Source: Williopsis jadinii
Taxonomy: Eukaryota
Reading direction: 5' to 3'
Length of the DNA stretch: 64,000 bases
Assembly (NCBI GenBank): GCA_024346625.1
Contig: AP024666.1
Coordinates: 372,001-436,000 of the forward strand
Both the position numbers and the translations under genes were made by a program. Of the stretch, positions 10,101 to 22,000 are shown one piece after another. The stretch's first letter is position 1. Every line of letters starts with the position of its first letter. The notes below the pieces were generated by a model. That model was not told where the DNA came from and made no database searches. It saw only the letters and a list, made by a program, of their open reading frames with translations.

Positions 10101-11483
10101 TTACAATTCGGCCTCCAATTCAGCCACTGTCTTAACGATGATGTCAATCATCTTGTCAGTCTCCTCTCTGGTGATCGAGTAAGCTGGGGAGAACAAGGCA
10201 TGGTCACCGTTGATACCATCAATGGTACCGCTACCTGGAAGGGTGAAGAGACCGTTCTTGTACAAGGTCTTTGAGAACTTGGCACCGTATGCAACGCTTG
10301 TTGGGAATGGCTCCTTGGTCGTCTTGTCCTTGACAAATTCGATTGCCCAGAAACCACCAGCACCTCTCACATCACCAACAGTCTTGGAGTCCTTGAGCTT
10401 GAGCTTAAGTTGTTCACCAAAGTGAGCACCTTGTTCCTTGATGTTTGCAATCATGTTTTCCCTTTTAACTTTCTTTTGGATGTCTAGGGCAACTTGACAA
10501 TTGAAACCATGGGAGTGGTACGTCTGTGCACCGGCAATGGCAGACTTCTTTTCATGGAAAACCTTCATAATACGTGGACCAACGAGGATAGATGCGATAG
10601 TAACATAACCAGCACCAAGAGTCTTACCATTTGTTTGGATATCTGGACCTGGACCGGTCATGAATTGTTGCCAGGCGTGGAGAGAGCCCATACGGCCCAT
10701 ACCACACATAACCTCATCCAAATAGAAGACAGCACCATACTTGTGACAAATGTCACGACAACCGTCGAGATAGCCTGGAATTGGCAATGAACAACCAAAG
10801 GTAGATCCGGTAACGGTCTCAGCAATGAACGCAGCAATGGTGTCTGGGCCTTCCTTGATGAAGATGTCCTCCAAGTCTTGCAACAAACGGTCCTTGTACT
10901 CTTCAAGTGTCTCACCTTCCTTCATGTTACGGTATGGGTAGCATTGTGAGGTCTTTGGGGTGATGTTTTCTGGCATCAAGATATCAGAGAACTCCAACTT
11001 TCTAACGTTGTCGGAGATGGACAAAGCACCGATGGTGAAACCGTGGTAGGATTGCTTTCTAGAGATGAATTTGATTCTCTTCAAATCACCATTCTCGATG
11101 TGGAACTTTCTGACAATCTTGAGAGCGTTCTCGTTAGATTCAGAGCCAGAACCGGTAAAGGTGGCAGCCTCAAAGGCACCATTAGACTCGTCAATAAGGA
11201 ATTGAGCGAGTTGTTCTGATGGCTCGTTACATGTGAGCAATGGGAAGTTGTAGACAAGCTTATCAACGGCATCCTTCATCAGAGTCTGAATCTCCGGGTC
11301 ACCATGACCTACAGAGGAGACAGCGGCACCAGAGTTACCATCCAACATCTCCCTGACCTCACCGGTCTCTGGATCTCTCACGGTGACGTGGACGCCCTTA
11401 CCGGACAGAACCACTGGGAGTTTCTTGATAGCGGTTTGTAAGATAGCAGTTGGCTTTTCAACCTGAACTTGGGTTTGAGACAT
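10101..11483 (-). CDS. Class III PLP-dependent aminotransferase (substrate unknown), 460 aa
   Basis: Motifs SGSESNENALK, SYHGFT, AFIAETV, DEVMCGMGRMG, DIQTNGKTLGAG (PLP lysine) and GDVRGAG. First ATG (MSQTQ) is at 11483. Confidence 0.9.
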   Translation of the reverse strand: MSQTQVQVEKPTAILQTAIKKLPVVLSGKGVHVTVRDPETGEVREMLDGNSGAAVSSVGHGDPEIQTLMKDAVDKLVYNFPLLTCNEPSEQLAQFLIDESNGAFEAATFTGSGSESNENALKIVRKFHIENGDLKRIKFISRKQSYHGFTIGALSISDNVRKLEFSDILMPENITPKTSQCYPYRNMKEGETLEEYKDRLLQDLEDIFIKEGPDTIAAFIAETVTGSTFGCSLPIPGYLDGCRDICHKYGAVFYLDEVMCGMGRMGSLHAWQQFMTGPGPDIQTNGKTLGAGYVTIASILVGPRIMKVFHEKKSAIAGAQTYHSHGFNCQVALDIQKKVKRENMIANIKEQGAHFGEQLKLKLKDSKTVGDVRGAGGFWAIEFVKDKTTKEPFPTSVAYGAKFSKTLYKNGLFTLPGSGTIDGINGDHALFSPAYSITREETDKMIDIIVKTVAELEAEL

Positions 11484-11632
11484 TGTGACGGCTTTTATTT
11501 GATAATCCAAGGGAATTTTGAATCTAAGGGGTTGAACACTGTTCTGTCGGAATTGAAAAGAGGGAATACGCTGCCATTTTTATAATCTTTACGGTCCTAG
11601 TGGGTTCCAACCTCCGGCACTGATCATCAAAG

Positions 11633-11650
11633 CACGATAAACACGATAAA
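11633..11650. promoter_or_regulatory. Tandem GATAA (GATA-factor / nitrogen catabolite repression-type) sites upstream of the aminotransferase
   Basis: CACGATAAA x2, about 150 bp upstream of the ATG; a minus-strand TATAAAA lies near 11580. Confidence 0.4.
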
Positions 11651-12560
11651 CATCTAAGACGGGGATCGTTTCCCACCAACCGCGCAGGCCACAGTGCGCG
11701 CGCGCTAAGTAGCAAAATCTGGCCAACACACTCTGAGAAGCAGTTTGTACTTTACGGGCAAGAAACAGCGTCTCCGGGGGGAAATCTGAAAAATCCTGCT
11801 GAGAACATAGCAGTGCGGAGTTCGGGTGCCGCATGCGTCCTTCCCTTCTCTTCATCTGGAAATTGCAACCTCTGATACGTGCAACTAACATGGAGGAGAG
11901 TTTCCACAGCACTCTGGAGCCCATTGGCAATGTTGACTCCGTTTCCTCGCGTCTGCAGGTGCCGGGTCTCTCCATACATTTGCCAACCGACTGCTATTCA
12001 ATTAGGGACTACATCTGCTGAGTAAATGTGTCAAGGTCGGGTGCCGGCGGTATTCGCATCCCGTCTTTCACCAATGTGGTGAGAGAACGCCATTGGACAG
12101 TTAACACTCGACGATTCCGAGGCTATACCTCACAGCCGAAGTAGATCACCGGGACCACCGTCGCACCGTTCCCATATCGCGTAAAAGGGCACGATACACC
12201 ACCATTTGCCCCTTCGCTATAAGCTGAGCAGAACTGCCAATATGCGCAACCGTAGAGATTGAAACTCGGAGGAGCCTGCTACTGTTAAGTGGTTGGCGCA
12301 CATCTACTATGCGCTTACCTGTTTCGGATAATTGCCGGAAACGGGTACTTCTTGTAATAATCTCTAGGGTAAGTTCTAGAAAGTTGTCGAAGGCTGCGAC
12401 AGCGAAAGACACACGCAGAAAGAGGCCATCGCACACCTCGAGAACACTGACGTGGCATAGAGATTGGTGGGACAACACACACAAGCACAAGCACGTCGCA
12501 AAAGAAATACCCAGCGGATACAACAACTGGACTGGCTTAGGCGTATCTACTCAGTAACCA

Positions 12561-14285
12561 ATGAAACTACGAACAACGCTGCTGGTGTCCTTCTTAATAT
12601 CGGGTCTCGGCGGTGTGTCTCTCACTGAGTTTAATGAACAACTGGCCCTTGTGGATGCTGATTTTGCTCAGCATGGACCTACTGTGGAGGTTCTCAATGG
12701 CTTTGAGCAACTGCTGAAAGGGACACCAGATAGCGCTGACGATGTTGAGTTTAGTGCGATATTGGCCAAGACGTGGTATAGAAAGGCCATCGTCAACTTG
12801 AGCTTGGGCAAAGACTCCAACGCCATAAACGACCTTGAGAGGTCAATGACCTGGGACCCGAACAACGCAGCTGTAAAGAAGAACCTGCTGGATCTGTTGG
12901 TCAAATACGGCAATAGGGATAAGTTGAAAGGCCTGGGTGCATTGATCAATCCCAAAGATCCGCTTTATTCCAGTGCATTAGACCAGATCCATCGCATTGA
13001 AGAATTAGAGCACTCTGGTGATCTTGAAAAGCTTGGTGAGGCTATTATCATATCGCCGTTTGATGCGCAGCTTCGAGAGAGAAGAATACAACTGATACAT
13101 GATAAGATCAAATCAAGTGATGGTATCGCTGAACAGAATGCGCTGTTTGCTGATCTGATCAATGACTATACAGTGATGATTAAAGTCAATCCAGCCATCA
13201 AATCTGAGAATTGGAATACACTTTCAAATATTAACCTCTTTGGCCTAGGTGAATATTCCACAGCGTTGAATGCCAACAAGAAATGTCTCCATTACGACAT
13301 GGACAATGCTAATTGCAAGATGAACTCGAAACTGCTCAACAAATACTCCTCCATCTTGACGCAACTATCCCACCAAAGAGAGTATTACGCCTCCTTACAG
13401 GAGAACAACGATGAAAAATTGGAGCTGGAGGCCATTGATATCAAAGATCTTGCTACATCGCTAACCAAACAGGATAAGTTCCTCAAGATACGCCGGGTAA
13501 ATGAACAATTCAAAACAAATCTCGACTTCATTCTTCACAAAGCAAAAGAATTCAATGATGAGTTCAACTTGAAATATAACCAGTTGGAGATGACGATATA
13601 TACTACTCTCGCTATGGATGCGATATTGCGTCATGACTCTGCAATGTTGAAGACATATGGGAAGAAATTACCGGAAAATTCACTACCACGCTCGTTGATC
13701 AAGATAGACAAAGCTCTCCATTCAAAAGAATTTCATCAAGCCCATCAGATGATTACACAGTTACCAAAGAACATGCAAAAGTGTTCATTTGTCTCCAAAC
13801 GTCTTGAGAAGATACAGGAACATAACCAACAACAACAGCATCAACAGAGACAACACAGACAAAGGCAATACCAGCAACAACAACAACAGCATCACCAAAG
13901 ACCCCCTTCCAAACCAAAAAATGACTATTATGCCATATTGAACATTGACAAGACTGCTGATGAGCGTGAAATCAAAAAGGCATATCGTGAAGCTTCAAAG
14001 TTATATCACCCAGATAAGTATAAAGGTGATCTTTCCCCAGAAGAGGTTGAGGATAAGATGACACAGATAAACATGGCCTATGAGGTTCTGAGTGATCCTA
14101 AATCGAGAAAGGATTATGACTTAGGTATTGATCCAAACGACCATGAGTCCCAACATCAACATAATCATCAACGTCAACAGCGTTATACGCAACACGCCGG
14201 TGGTAATCCATTTGGAGGGTTTGGTAATGGTGGGTTCCAATTCCATTTTGGCAATGGTGGTGGAGGTAATTTCCACTTTGGTTGA
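12561..14285 (+). CDS. JEM1: ER-lumenal DnaJ co-chaperone (Jem1/P58IPK type)
   Basis: Signal peptide, TPR-like helices, CLHYDMDNANC motif, Gln-rich linker, C-terminal J-domain with HPD and a G/F-rich tail. Confidence 0.85.
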   Translation: MKLRTTLLVSFLISGLGGVSLTEFNEQLALVDADFAQHGPTVEVLNGFEQLLKGTPDSADDVEFSAILAKTWYRKAIVNLSLGKDSNAINDLERSMTWDPNNAAVKKNLLDLLVKYGNRDKLKGLGALINPKDPLYSSALDQIHRIEELEHSGDLEKLGEAIIISPFDAQLRERRIQLIHDKIKSSDGIAEQNALFADLINDYTVMIKVNPAIKSENWNTLSNINLFGLGEYSTALNANKKCLHYDMDNANCKMNSKLLNKYSSILTQLSHQREYYASLQENNDEKLELEAIDIKDLATSLTKQDKFLKIRRVNEQFKTNLDFILHKAKEFNDEFNLKYNQLEMTIYTTLAMDAILRHDSAMLKTYGKKLPENSLPRSLIKIDKALHSKEFHQAHQMITQLPKNMQKCSFVSKRLEKIQEHNQQQQHQQRQHRQRQYQQQQQQHHQRPPSKPKNDYYAILNIDKTADEREIKKAYREASKLYHPDKYKGDLSPEEVEDKMTQINMAYEVLSDPKSRKDYDLGIDPNDHESQHQHNHQRQQRYTQHAGGNPFGGFGNGGFQFHFGNGGGGNFHFG

Positions 14286-14454
14286 ATGTAGAATTATACA
14301 ACACAAGAAAGCCATCAAGGTCTTGATCAAGGGGTCTTTTTGGAGTATGAGCTACTATATCAGTACAATATACAGATTTGTCCATATACTAGGAACTATA
14401 TAGAAGCCATTTATTAGGAAGTTGAGCTCTCATAAATGGTGGAGTTGTGGAAAA

Positions 14455-15315
14455 TCACATTGCACCCACTTTCCTTGTTGTAGCCAACCTCTCAAGTGTT
14501 AAATTCATATACTCTTCAAATTCCATACCATTGTTTCTCGCTTCCAATACCCATGTTATTGATCTAAACATGTTGGAAACTTGCTTATAAGCAGTATCGT
14601 CCCATATACTAGGACTCGTTGTAATGTCGTAGTTTGCAGCATCCTTTGCTGATTTCGCATCAACAAACACAACAATACCAGTTTGATACTTTGAAGAGCC
14701 CCTATCTAAGATCTTAGCATACTCAATCTCCCCAAAGACTTCAAAGCATTCTTTGAGAATTTCATCAGTAAACAATGCTGATATCTGTTCTTTAAACCTC
14801 CATTGTACTTGAACTGTCCTATTGGCCTGGTCTACGCCTACCTCATCGAATGGTCGGTTAGCCTGGGATACCTTACTCTGGTAGTTTCTCTCGTACTGTG
14901 CACGTATCTCAGCACCTTCCTTCCTTAGTTTCTCGAGGTTTAGAGCATATTGATTCTCTGAAAGTGCAACGTCTCTCTTGCCCCATTTCCGCTTACGTTC
15001 AGCTTCCTCTAACTCTTGCTTCATCTTCAACCTTTCAGCGCCCAGCTTCTCGGCATTCTCACGCTCTCTCTGTCTAGCAAGGAGCCACTGGTCATACGAC
15101 TTCCTAAGTGCATCGTCCTTGAGTATCTCAAGGGCCAATGAAAGTTGATGGAACCTCGTCTGGGCATCGCTGGACTTATTCTTATCAGGATGGTATAACA
15201 ATGCCTGTTTTCTATAGGCTCTTCGTATAACAGACAGCGAAGAGTCACTGGGTATATCGAGAAGATTGTAGATGTCTACTCCACCAGACCTGAGCTCTTC
15301 CAATTCTTTAGACAT
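14455..15315 (-). CDS. CWC23: Pre-mRNA splicing factor with J-domain, coiled coil and RRM
   Basis: N-terminal J-domain (YHPDKN), coiled coil, C-terminal RRM-like segment (FEVFGEIEY); DNAJC17/Cwc23 architecture. Confidence 0.8.
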   Translation of the reverse strand: MSKELEELRSGGVDIYNLLDIPSDSSLSVIRRAYRKQALLYHPDKNKSSDAQTRFHQLSLALEILKDDALRKSYDQWLLARQRERENAEKLGAERLKMKQELEEAERKRKWGKRDVALSENQYALNLEKLRKEGAEIRAQYERNYQSKVSQANRPFDEVGVDQANRTVQVQWRFKEQISALFTDEILKECFEVFGEIEYAKILDRGSSKYQTGIVVFVDAKSAKDAANYDITTSPSIWDDTAYKQVSNMFRSITWVLEARNNGMEFEEYMNLTLERLATTRKVGAM

Positions 15316-15602
15316 TTGGATCTGATGTTCTGTGAATCTTTCATTGGTAATGTGATGGTGGTGCCCTCTATTTTCGCCTACATTTTTTTTGGAGAGTGTA
15401 CGGTCTCTCTACGGTTATAATCGATGATAATAAAACAGAATAGTGATCAATGATCTAGTGTTAACTGTACGAAAGATTTCACCTTGTATAAATACTATCA
15501 CCTCCCCAATGTGTACATCTGCGCAAATTCTGGTGTGTCTGAATAAATATGCTAATTACATCGTATATGTAGGATAATATTCAAGGGACTATGAGCAACT
15601 CA

Positions 15603-17105
15603 TCAAAGCTTTACAAAGATCTTCATTTTGTAGAGTGATGCCCCCACAATCGCTAAGAAGGCGCTGTAAAGCACAAGAACGATGATGCTGACACTGTTAG
15701 AGCAGTCCAGAGTGTTCAACGACATGTTTGTCAACCCGGTTGTGACATTGGCCAGCAAAAACATAACCATACCGTTGGAATTGATAGCATCTAGTGAGAT
15801 TGGAATACGTGACTCGTACGAGAGCCACTCTGGTGACATGTACTTGTCGATGATTGCATAGCATAGCAAGAAGCCTGTGTTGTACGCGGACACCCATAGG
15901 ACGTATGGAAGGTTAGCAAGACGTCTTGAGACGCTGTAGTAGTGGTTGTTCTGAACAAACTTGAACAGGACAAAGTACGTCAGGAACCAGGTAATCAGCC
16001 CAGCTATTGGAGATACAGATGTGAAACGGTTCCCTGTGTATTTTACCTCCATTGAAGGCTTGAACAGGTTATTCTTTGTTCTCTGAGATGGTAGGACGTA
16101 GAACCCAGTTGATTGACCAGCGAGATAAATAGCCAAATAGCCAAGCAGTGAGAAGACGCCTTCCCTGTTGGAGCTTAGCAGATCGATTCTTGGGGCTACC
16201 AACAGATATGAGAGGAAGCCTTCCTTTTGGCATATCAAGTACTCATAGACCAGTGAAATGACTATGGAAACAACTGCACGTGGTATATAGGAGAACAGTG
16301 GGCTTAAAAGGATCGATAATGGTCCTACAAGAACCAGAGTAATGAAGAAGTTCCAGTGAACACCGTATTCGGTAACGTGTTCCTGGTATTCGAGGTTCTT
16401 CACAAGCACCAGTCTCAGCAGCCCTAGCACCAATGGTGTTGTTGTACTTCTTAAACTCTTATAGAGCTTGGTGAAGTATCCACTTCCACCGTTCTTATCC
16501 TCAAGTATAATGCTTCTTGACGACACAATGCCCATGGAAAAGACAAATGATCCAACACCAAGGTCCATCAGCGAAGTTCCCCAGGTTTCAACTTTGGCGA
16601 ATCTACGAGGGAACACCGGGAAATCCACAGCCAAGATCGCCAAAGCCGTAATGATCATCATTGAGCCACGATACGCGGTGATGAAGGGCTTCTTTGGAAG
16701 GAATGCTGTGGCTGGAGCCGACGCTGAACCCTTTGTAAGCTTAGTGCGTTGGCGGTGGTTGTGCTTCGAAGTGAGGCTCACCAGAACAGCGGGAGTGACT
16801 ATAGCAACAGCCAATGTCAACGGTGAAGAGGCATATATCGTGATTGACAGCAGCAGCCCGATCCAGTTCAACAAGAAGTCCACCGTTACGCTCAAAGAAC
16901 TCCATTTTTGCCCTTCAGAGAACAGTGACGAGTTCCTGTTGATCAAACACCATGACACGTATCCCACAAGCGCAATCGCTGTCACAGCATTGATCTCGCC
17001 AATTGACCCTCCACTTAGGCCAGATACAAACTCCTCCTTACGGTCCTTCAGTGTTCTGCTCACAGTTTGTGAGATTCCAATACTTTTGTCTATCACTCTC
17101 GCCAT
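15603..17105 (-). CDS. GWT1: GPI inositol acyltransferase
   Basis: KEEFVSGLSGGS, ILAVDFPVFPRRFAKVETWGTSLMDLGVGSFVFS, YQEHVTEYGVHWNFF, SRRLANLPYV. Confidence 0.97.
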   Translation of the reverse strand: MARVIDKSIGISQTVSRTLKDRKEEFVSGLSGGSIGEINAVTAIALVGYVSWCLINRNSSLFSEGQKWSSLSVTVDFLLNWIGLLLSITIYASSPLTLAVAIVTPAVLVSLTSKHNHRQRTKLTKGSASAPATAFLPKKPFITAYRGSMMIITALAILAVDFPVFPRRFAKVETWGTSLMDLGVGSFVFSMGIVSSRSIILEDKNGGSGYFTKLYKSLRSTTTPLVLGLLRLVLVKNLEYQEHVTEYGVHWNFFITLVLVGPLSILLSPLFSYIPRAVVSIVISLVYEYLICQKEGFLSYLLVAPRIDLLSSNREGVFSLLGYLAIYLAGQSTGFYVLPSQRTKNNLFKPSMEVKYTGNRFTSVSPIAGLITWFLTYFVLFKFVQNNHYYSVSRRLANLPYVLWVSAYNTGFLLCYAIIDKYMSPEWLSYESRIPISLDAINSNGMVMFLLANVTTGLTNMSLNTLDCSNSVSIIVLVLYSAFLAIVGASLYKMKIFVKL

Positions 17106-17277
17106 CTTCGTTCAGCTGGAATACCTCTCGTCTCGGCTGTTGAAGGGATAGGGCAGGCAATTGGAGGCCAGCGAGAAAAAGAAAATCAGAATAACACTCA
17201 AAAATGCTTGTGATTAGCTCAACTCAACAACTTTCAAGGGGGAGTCTTGGACTGTAAATCATCGAAACTACTGCAGG

Positions 17278-17955
17278 ATGTCTTCTAGAACACGTGAAGG
17301 AGTGCCTCGTCATGAAGATCCTGACGTTAAGAAGCAATTGTTTCTGTACAACAACTTCTCTGCTACGCTATGGGTTGTTGTCCTCGGAAACACCATCTTT
17401 CTCTCTTTGCTCTTGGGCCAACCATTTCTTTTTGAGAGGTCTAGAAACATACTCGTTGGTATTCAGACGTTGGCTCTTTACGAGATCTATAACTCCTATG
17501 TCGGTAATGTGAGATCTCCGGTGATGACGACGTTGATGCAAGTGTCGTCAAGATTGCTCATCGTCTGGGGTATCTTTGTCGTGCTGCCAAACTCGCCAGC
17601 CAATGTCCACTGGGCTTACATCACCTTGAACGTTGCCTGGTCTATCACTGAGATTGTGAGATACTTCTACTACGCGCAGTCGTTGGTGAGCAACGGTGAA
17701 GCCCCTTATGTCTTGACATGGTTGAGATACAACTTGTTCTTCGTGCTGTACCCGCTGGGTGTCGGCAGTGAGCTGACCATCATCTATAAGTCTTTGGACG
17801 AAGCTGCCTCTCAAGTGGGTGCTTGGTACAAGTACTTCCTCATCCTTTGCATGCTCACATACATCCCTGGGTTCCCAGTGCTCTTTGGACACATGTTGAA
17901 GCAAAGAAAGAAGGTCATGAAGGCGCTGAACGGTGATTCCAAGAAGCAAAACTGA
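17278..17955 (+). CDS. PHS1: Very-long-chain 3-hydroxyacyl-CoA dehydratase
   Basis: QVSSR, AWSITEIVRY, WLRYNLFFVLYPLGVGSE, HMLKQRKK (PTPLA family). Confidence 0.95.
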   Translation: MSSRTREGVPRHEDPDVKKQLFLYNNFSATLWVVVLGNTIFLSLLLGQPFLFERSRNILVGIQTLALYEIYNSYVGNVRSPVMTTLMQVSSRLLIVWGIFVVLPNSPANVHWAYITLNVAWSITEIVRYFYYAQSLVSNGEAPYVLTWLRYNLFFVLYPLGVGSELTIIYKSLDEAASQVGAWYKYFLILCMLTYIPGFPVLFGHMLKQRKKVMKALNGDSKKQN

Positions 17956-18255
17956 TCCACCAGTGACTCAATATGGCAGTATATAAACCAGTGACAGGGC
18001 TTTGGAAACCAGGTATATCGAATTGGTAAAGCAGAGCACAATATATACACATTGGCACTAATAGTGTCCGTAAATGGCAATTGCCTAATTAGGACATTCT
18101 CGCCCTTTTTCGTACTTTTTCGCACTTCTTTTTTTTCGTCACAATTGCGCTTTTCCTCGGTGGATTTTGGATGAAAAAGTTGTTTCACCAACGAAGTGTG
18201 CTTCAACAACGCTTTGTTGAAAAGGAAAACACATCGGTTTCCGACGTAACAAAAG

Positions 18256-18777
18256 ATGAGTTTCACACGTCCACTTGCGAGATCACTGGTGGCACAACTT
18301 CGTGCTCCAAGCTTTGCCTTTCAAAAAGGTGCCTCTGCGGTTCCTTTCATGATGGCCTCAAGGGCTTTCAGTACACACTTCCCATTATTCCAACAGCAGA
18401 AGCCACAGGATGGGGCTGTTCCAGATCTCACACCGCTCAAGCTCGAAGGTGATCTGTATGCTGTCGTCAAAGTCCACAACAACCCATTTCTCATCACCAA
18501 GGGGGATAAGATGGTGTTGCCATTCAACCTGAAGACCGCCGAGGTTGGAGATGTCCTGAACTTCCACAACGTCACCACCATTGGCTCCCGTAACTACACC
18601 TTTGTTGATGAGCCGATAAGCCCAGAACTGTTCACCATCAAGGCAACTGTGCTGGAGAAGACCAAGCTGCCAATGAGGGTGACAGAGAAGACAAAGAGAA
18701 GACAGAGAATCGTGAAACACGCCATCTCAAAACCTCACAGAACGATACTAAGGGTCACAGAGTTGAAACTCAACTGA
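18256..18777 (+). CDS. MRPL49: Mitochondrial ribosomal protein bL21m
   Basis: Mitochondrial presequence and an L21 domain (LYAVVKVHNNPFLITKGD...IGSRNYT...TILRVTEL); lies between PHS1 and BCK1 as in S. cerevisiae. Confidence 0.93.
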   Translation: MSFTRPLARSLVAQLRAPSFAFQKGASAVPFMMASRAFSTHFPLFQQQKPQDGAVPDLTPLKLEGDLYAVVKVHNNPFLITKGDKMVLPFNLKTAEVGDVLNFHNVTTIGSRNYTFVDEPISPELFTIKATVLEKTKLPMRVTEKTKRRQRIVKHAISKPHRTILRVTELKLN

Positions 18778-19011
18778 ACCTCCTCCCGCCCCCAGAATAG
18801 CAGATGTGTAAATAGCTTACCAATGTACATAAATAGAGAGCTTTGTTCGATGCTGGATGGTCCAACCTTCTCCCTATGGTTCATCAACTAGTAGTAGCTC
18901 TAGCAGTACCCATCGGTTCACACACTACGGCTTTGCCCCGGGTGGTTGAAATCAAAACAATAACAATAGCACGAGTATCCAGGCTGGGTTGACTGGGCCA
19001 AGCGGAGGGAA

Positions 19012-22000
19012 ATGTCGTCTAAAAACGGCTATGAAGAAGCTTCACAGCGTGGTACGGATGCACTGCCGGAGCTGCTGGTCAACGCAGTGCCTCTGTTGGG
19101 TGAAAGCGTACGGTCGCTGAAAGGCTCTGAAAGCGTTGCATATCTACCAGCCCAACAGGTTAGGAAGCTGTCATCGTCTAGCGTCAAATCTGCTGAGGAC
19201 TCTCACAGGCACAATATAACGCCGAATAGAACGTCCAATAGTGAAGGTGATACCAGCAGCAAGTTCTCGTTTGAGGAGCAGTCGTATCCTTCATCGCCGG
19301 CGCCGTTGAGGCTGTCGTCTGTGGGTGATGGGGATCAAAGCCATAGAGATACTACACAGGGCAGTGTATCGTTCCATACAGCGCACTCTGAATCAGTAGG
19401 GAGCGTCTACACCGATCACTCGACGCCTTCGAAGGTGTCTTTGAAGAAAACATCGCCAAAAATCCCCTTAAAGATCGAAACTGCCCTGTATACATCAACT
19501 CCTTCAAAATCGCCTGGTGATCAATTAGCAGCGAACAGCTCAAAGGAGTTCAGTTTCCTCAACACAAGTGCTGCTGCTCCGAATGAAAGTCCTCTGAACT
19601 CGTTCACACAGTCAAAGACCAAAACATTACCGAGAAATCCCCCTCATAGTCGCCAGGTCTCGGTGTCCTGGGACGTTCAAACACCAGAAGAGTGGACTTT
19701 AGAACGCATCATATACTGGTTGGGACTAAACCAATTCAACGACACATGGGCTGTTATGGTGAAAAAGCACATGCTTGTTGGCTCAGAGTTCTTGAGTCTG
19801 ACCAATTATCAAAAGTTGAGTGTTTATAAGAGTGAATTGGACACGTCCAATGATTCAACTCAATCGAGGTTCATACATGTCCTGAGGAAGACGCTGGATA
19901 GATCAACATCGGTGACAAACACTATCTCTCCTCTGGAAACATCAAGCGTGTCTTCCATAGATAACATGGACTCAAGTCCACCGTCATCGCCCAAACTGCC
20001 ACATAGAAGGTCCTCGTCTGAGACTGCTGCTGTGACTGAGAAACTGGTGCCGACTCAATCAGCCCCAACGTTTAAAGACTCTTCGCCGTCTTCTGAAAGT
20101 TCAAGACCACCGTCTATTCAACAAGGCCGTGTCGGAAAGACGAAGGTAAAGCAAAGACCCTTATCCACTACAGACGACTCCACAGGGAATATGTGGGTGA
20201 CCTCGCCGGTGTCACCAGTCGTTAGCCACGGGTTGTTTAGAAGACATAAAAAGTCGAGCTCCTCTGAAAGCTCGCTGTTTACGTCTTTGTTCAATGGCAG
20301 TTCTTCTAACCTTACAGGTATTTCTGAGGACCGGAAAAGGGATAAAGATGCTAAACCATCAACCTTCAGTAAATTCAACCTCAGAGGGAAACAGAGAAGT
20401 CGTGATTTATCAAGAGAGAAGGAATCTTCATCACCTGTGAGCCCTGCAACTTCTTCATTTGAGAAAGTGAAAGGGAGAAAATCTGACACTTCTAAAAGCT
20501 CTTCTGATGGTTCCAAGGAGAGGATCTCTGCTCTCCCTCAATTTGTCCTTGATCGTAAATTCCAACCTGTGGCGAAACAGAAGAACTCTGATCAATACGT
20601 ACTGGTTACGATGGACAATATAAACTTCAAAGCTGTGAACGTTGGACAGTGTGATTCAAGAGAAGGCTTCAGAAAATTACTAGCTGATGTCTTGGAACTC
20701 AAATCTCTTGAATTTACCGTACATCTGACTGATTTTGGATGTTCCATAGGTGAAAGTCTTGATGAAGATGCACTGGACCACATTGTATCATCCAGGTACA
20801 TACCTTGCACAGGGAAGTTCTTTATAACTTCTGCAGATACTCTTTCAACAATTACAAGCTCATCAATTGGAAGCGTATCTGATCTGAATTCGTTCGAGAG
20901 CAAAGAAGATAAATTATACCCAAATACTCCACAACATTACTACGATGCGGTTCAGAAGTCGCCAAACACTGACTACTGGAACTTTAAGGAAAACTTGCCA
21001 AAGAACGTCGTTGCATCTGTAGCAGAGAAACCTACAAATGAGCCATTGAAGCCAGCAAAACGACTTGAACCTGTTCAACCAAAGCCAATTAGACCGTCAG
21101 CTGTCAAGCAAACAGCCAGAATTCCAACTCTAACAAATGACAGTGGAAGCTCTTTCAGAATCGTCAGACCGGCGAATAGAGGAGAGATCAACTTTGACAA
21201 GAGAAGAGAATCTCCGTTTGTTGCCAAAAGGGTGGCTCCTCCTCCTCCTCCTCAAAGACCTGGTATGAGTGGTTCTGCCAACTCAAGTTCAGGTTCTGTT
21301 ACTAGACTGGAACCTTTAAAAGAATCTATCAGTGGAGAGAGTACATTTATCTCGACCTATACACCAGGTTCGAGTAACACGCTTATACCGCAACCGTATA
21401 AAGGTGGTGGGTCTGTTTCACCAATATCGAGAAAGGCCCTCCACACTATATTGAACAACGATGAAGAGAGGGTCAAACGCTCCCTGACAAGAACACACTC
21501 GACACGTTCAATTCGGACTGTTGACAAATTCAAAGAAAACATCATCTCATTTGATGATGCTCCTGAATTGGACGATACGGAAAATGATGACTCTGACGAT
21601 GATGATTTTTGGGCAAAAGCACCATCCCAAAAATCCAGTACCAATGATGAGTCGATTGCAGAGATGGTTGTCAGACCACCAGCAGAAGTGTTGTATGACA
21701 ACATCGAGAAGTTCTTTCCCAACACAGATCTCGATCAACCTGTGTTAGAACTACCATCTGTACCATCATCTCCTTCTAATGTCATTAATCCACCAAAGAC
21801 AAAACCAATCAGAAAGGTGGTGAGTAGTATTGACGAGGACTTTGAGAAATTGCATAAACCACAGAGAATGAAAACAATTCGTGCTGTTGCAAAAGAAGCA
21901 GGAGAAGCACGTAAGAGAGAAAACTTAACGAGACAGAATACCCAACCAGGATTGGTTAGACGACAGAGCACGAAGATGTGGGGTCGTAAAGTTGTGGAGG

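Noticed and set aside
9500..12560. Right terminal inverted repeat of the island, which might enclose the aminotransferase
   Set aside because: No reverse complement of the 3340-3420 sequence was found by eye.
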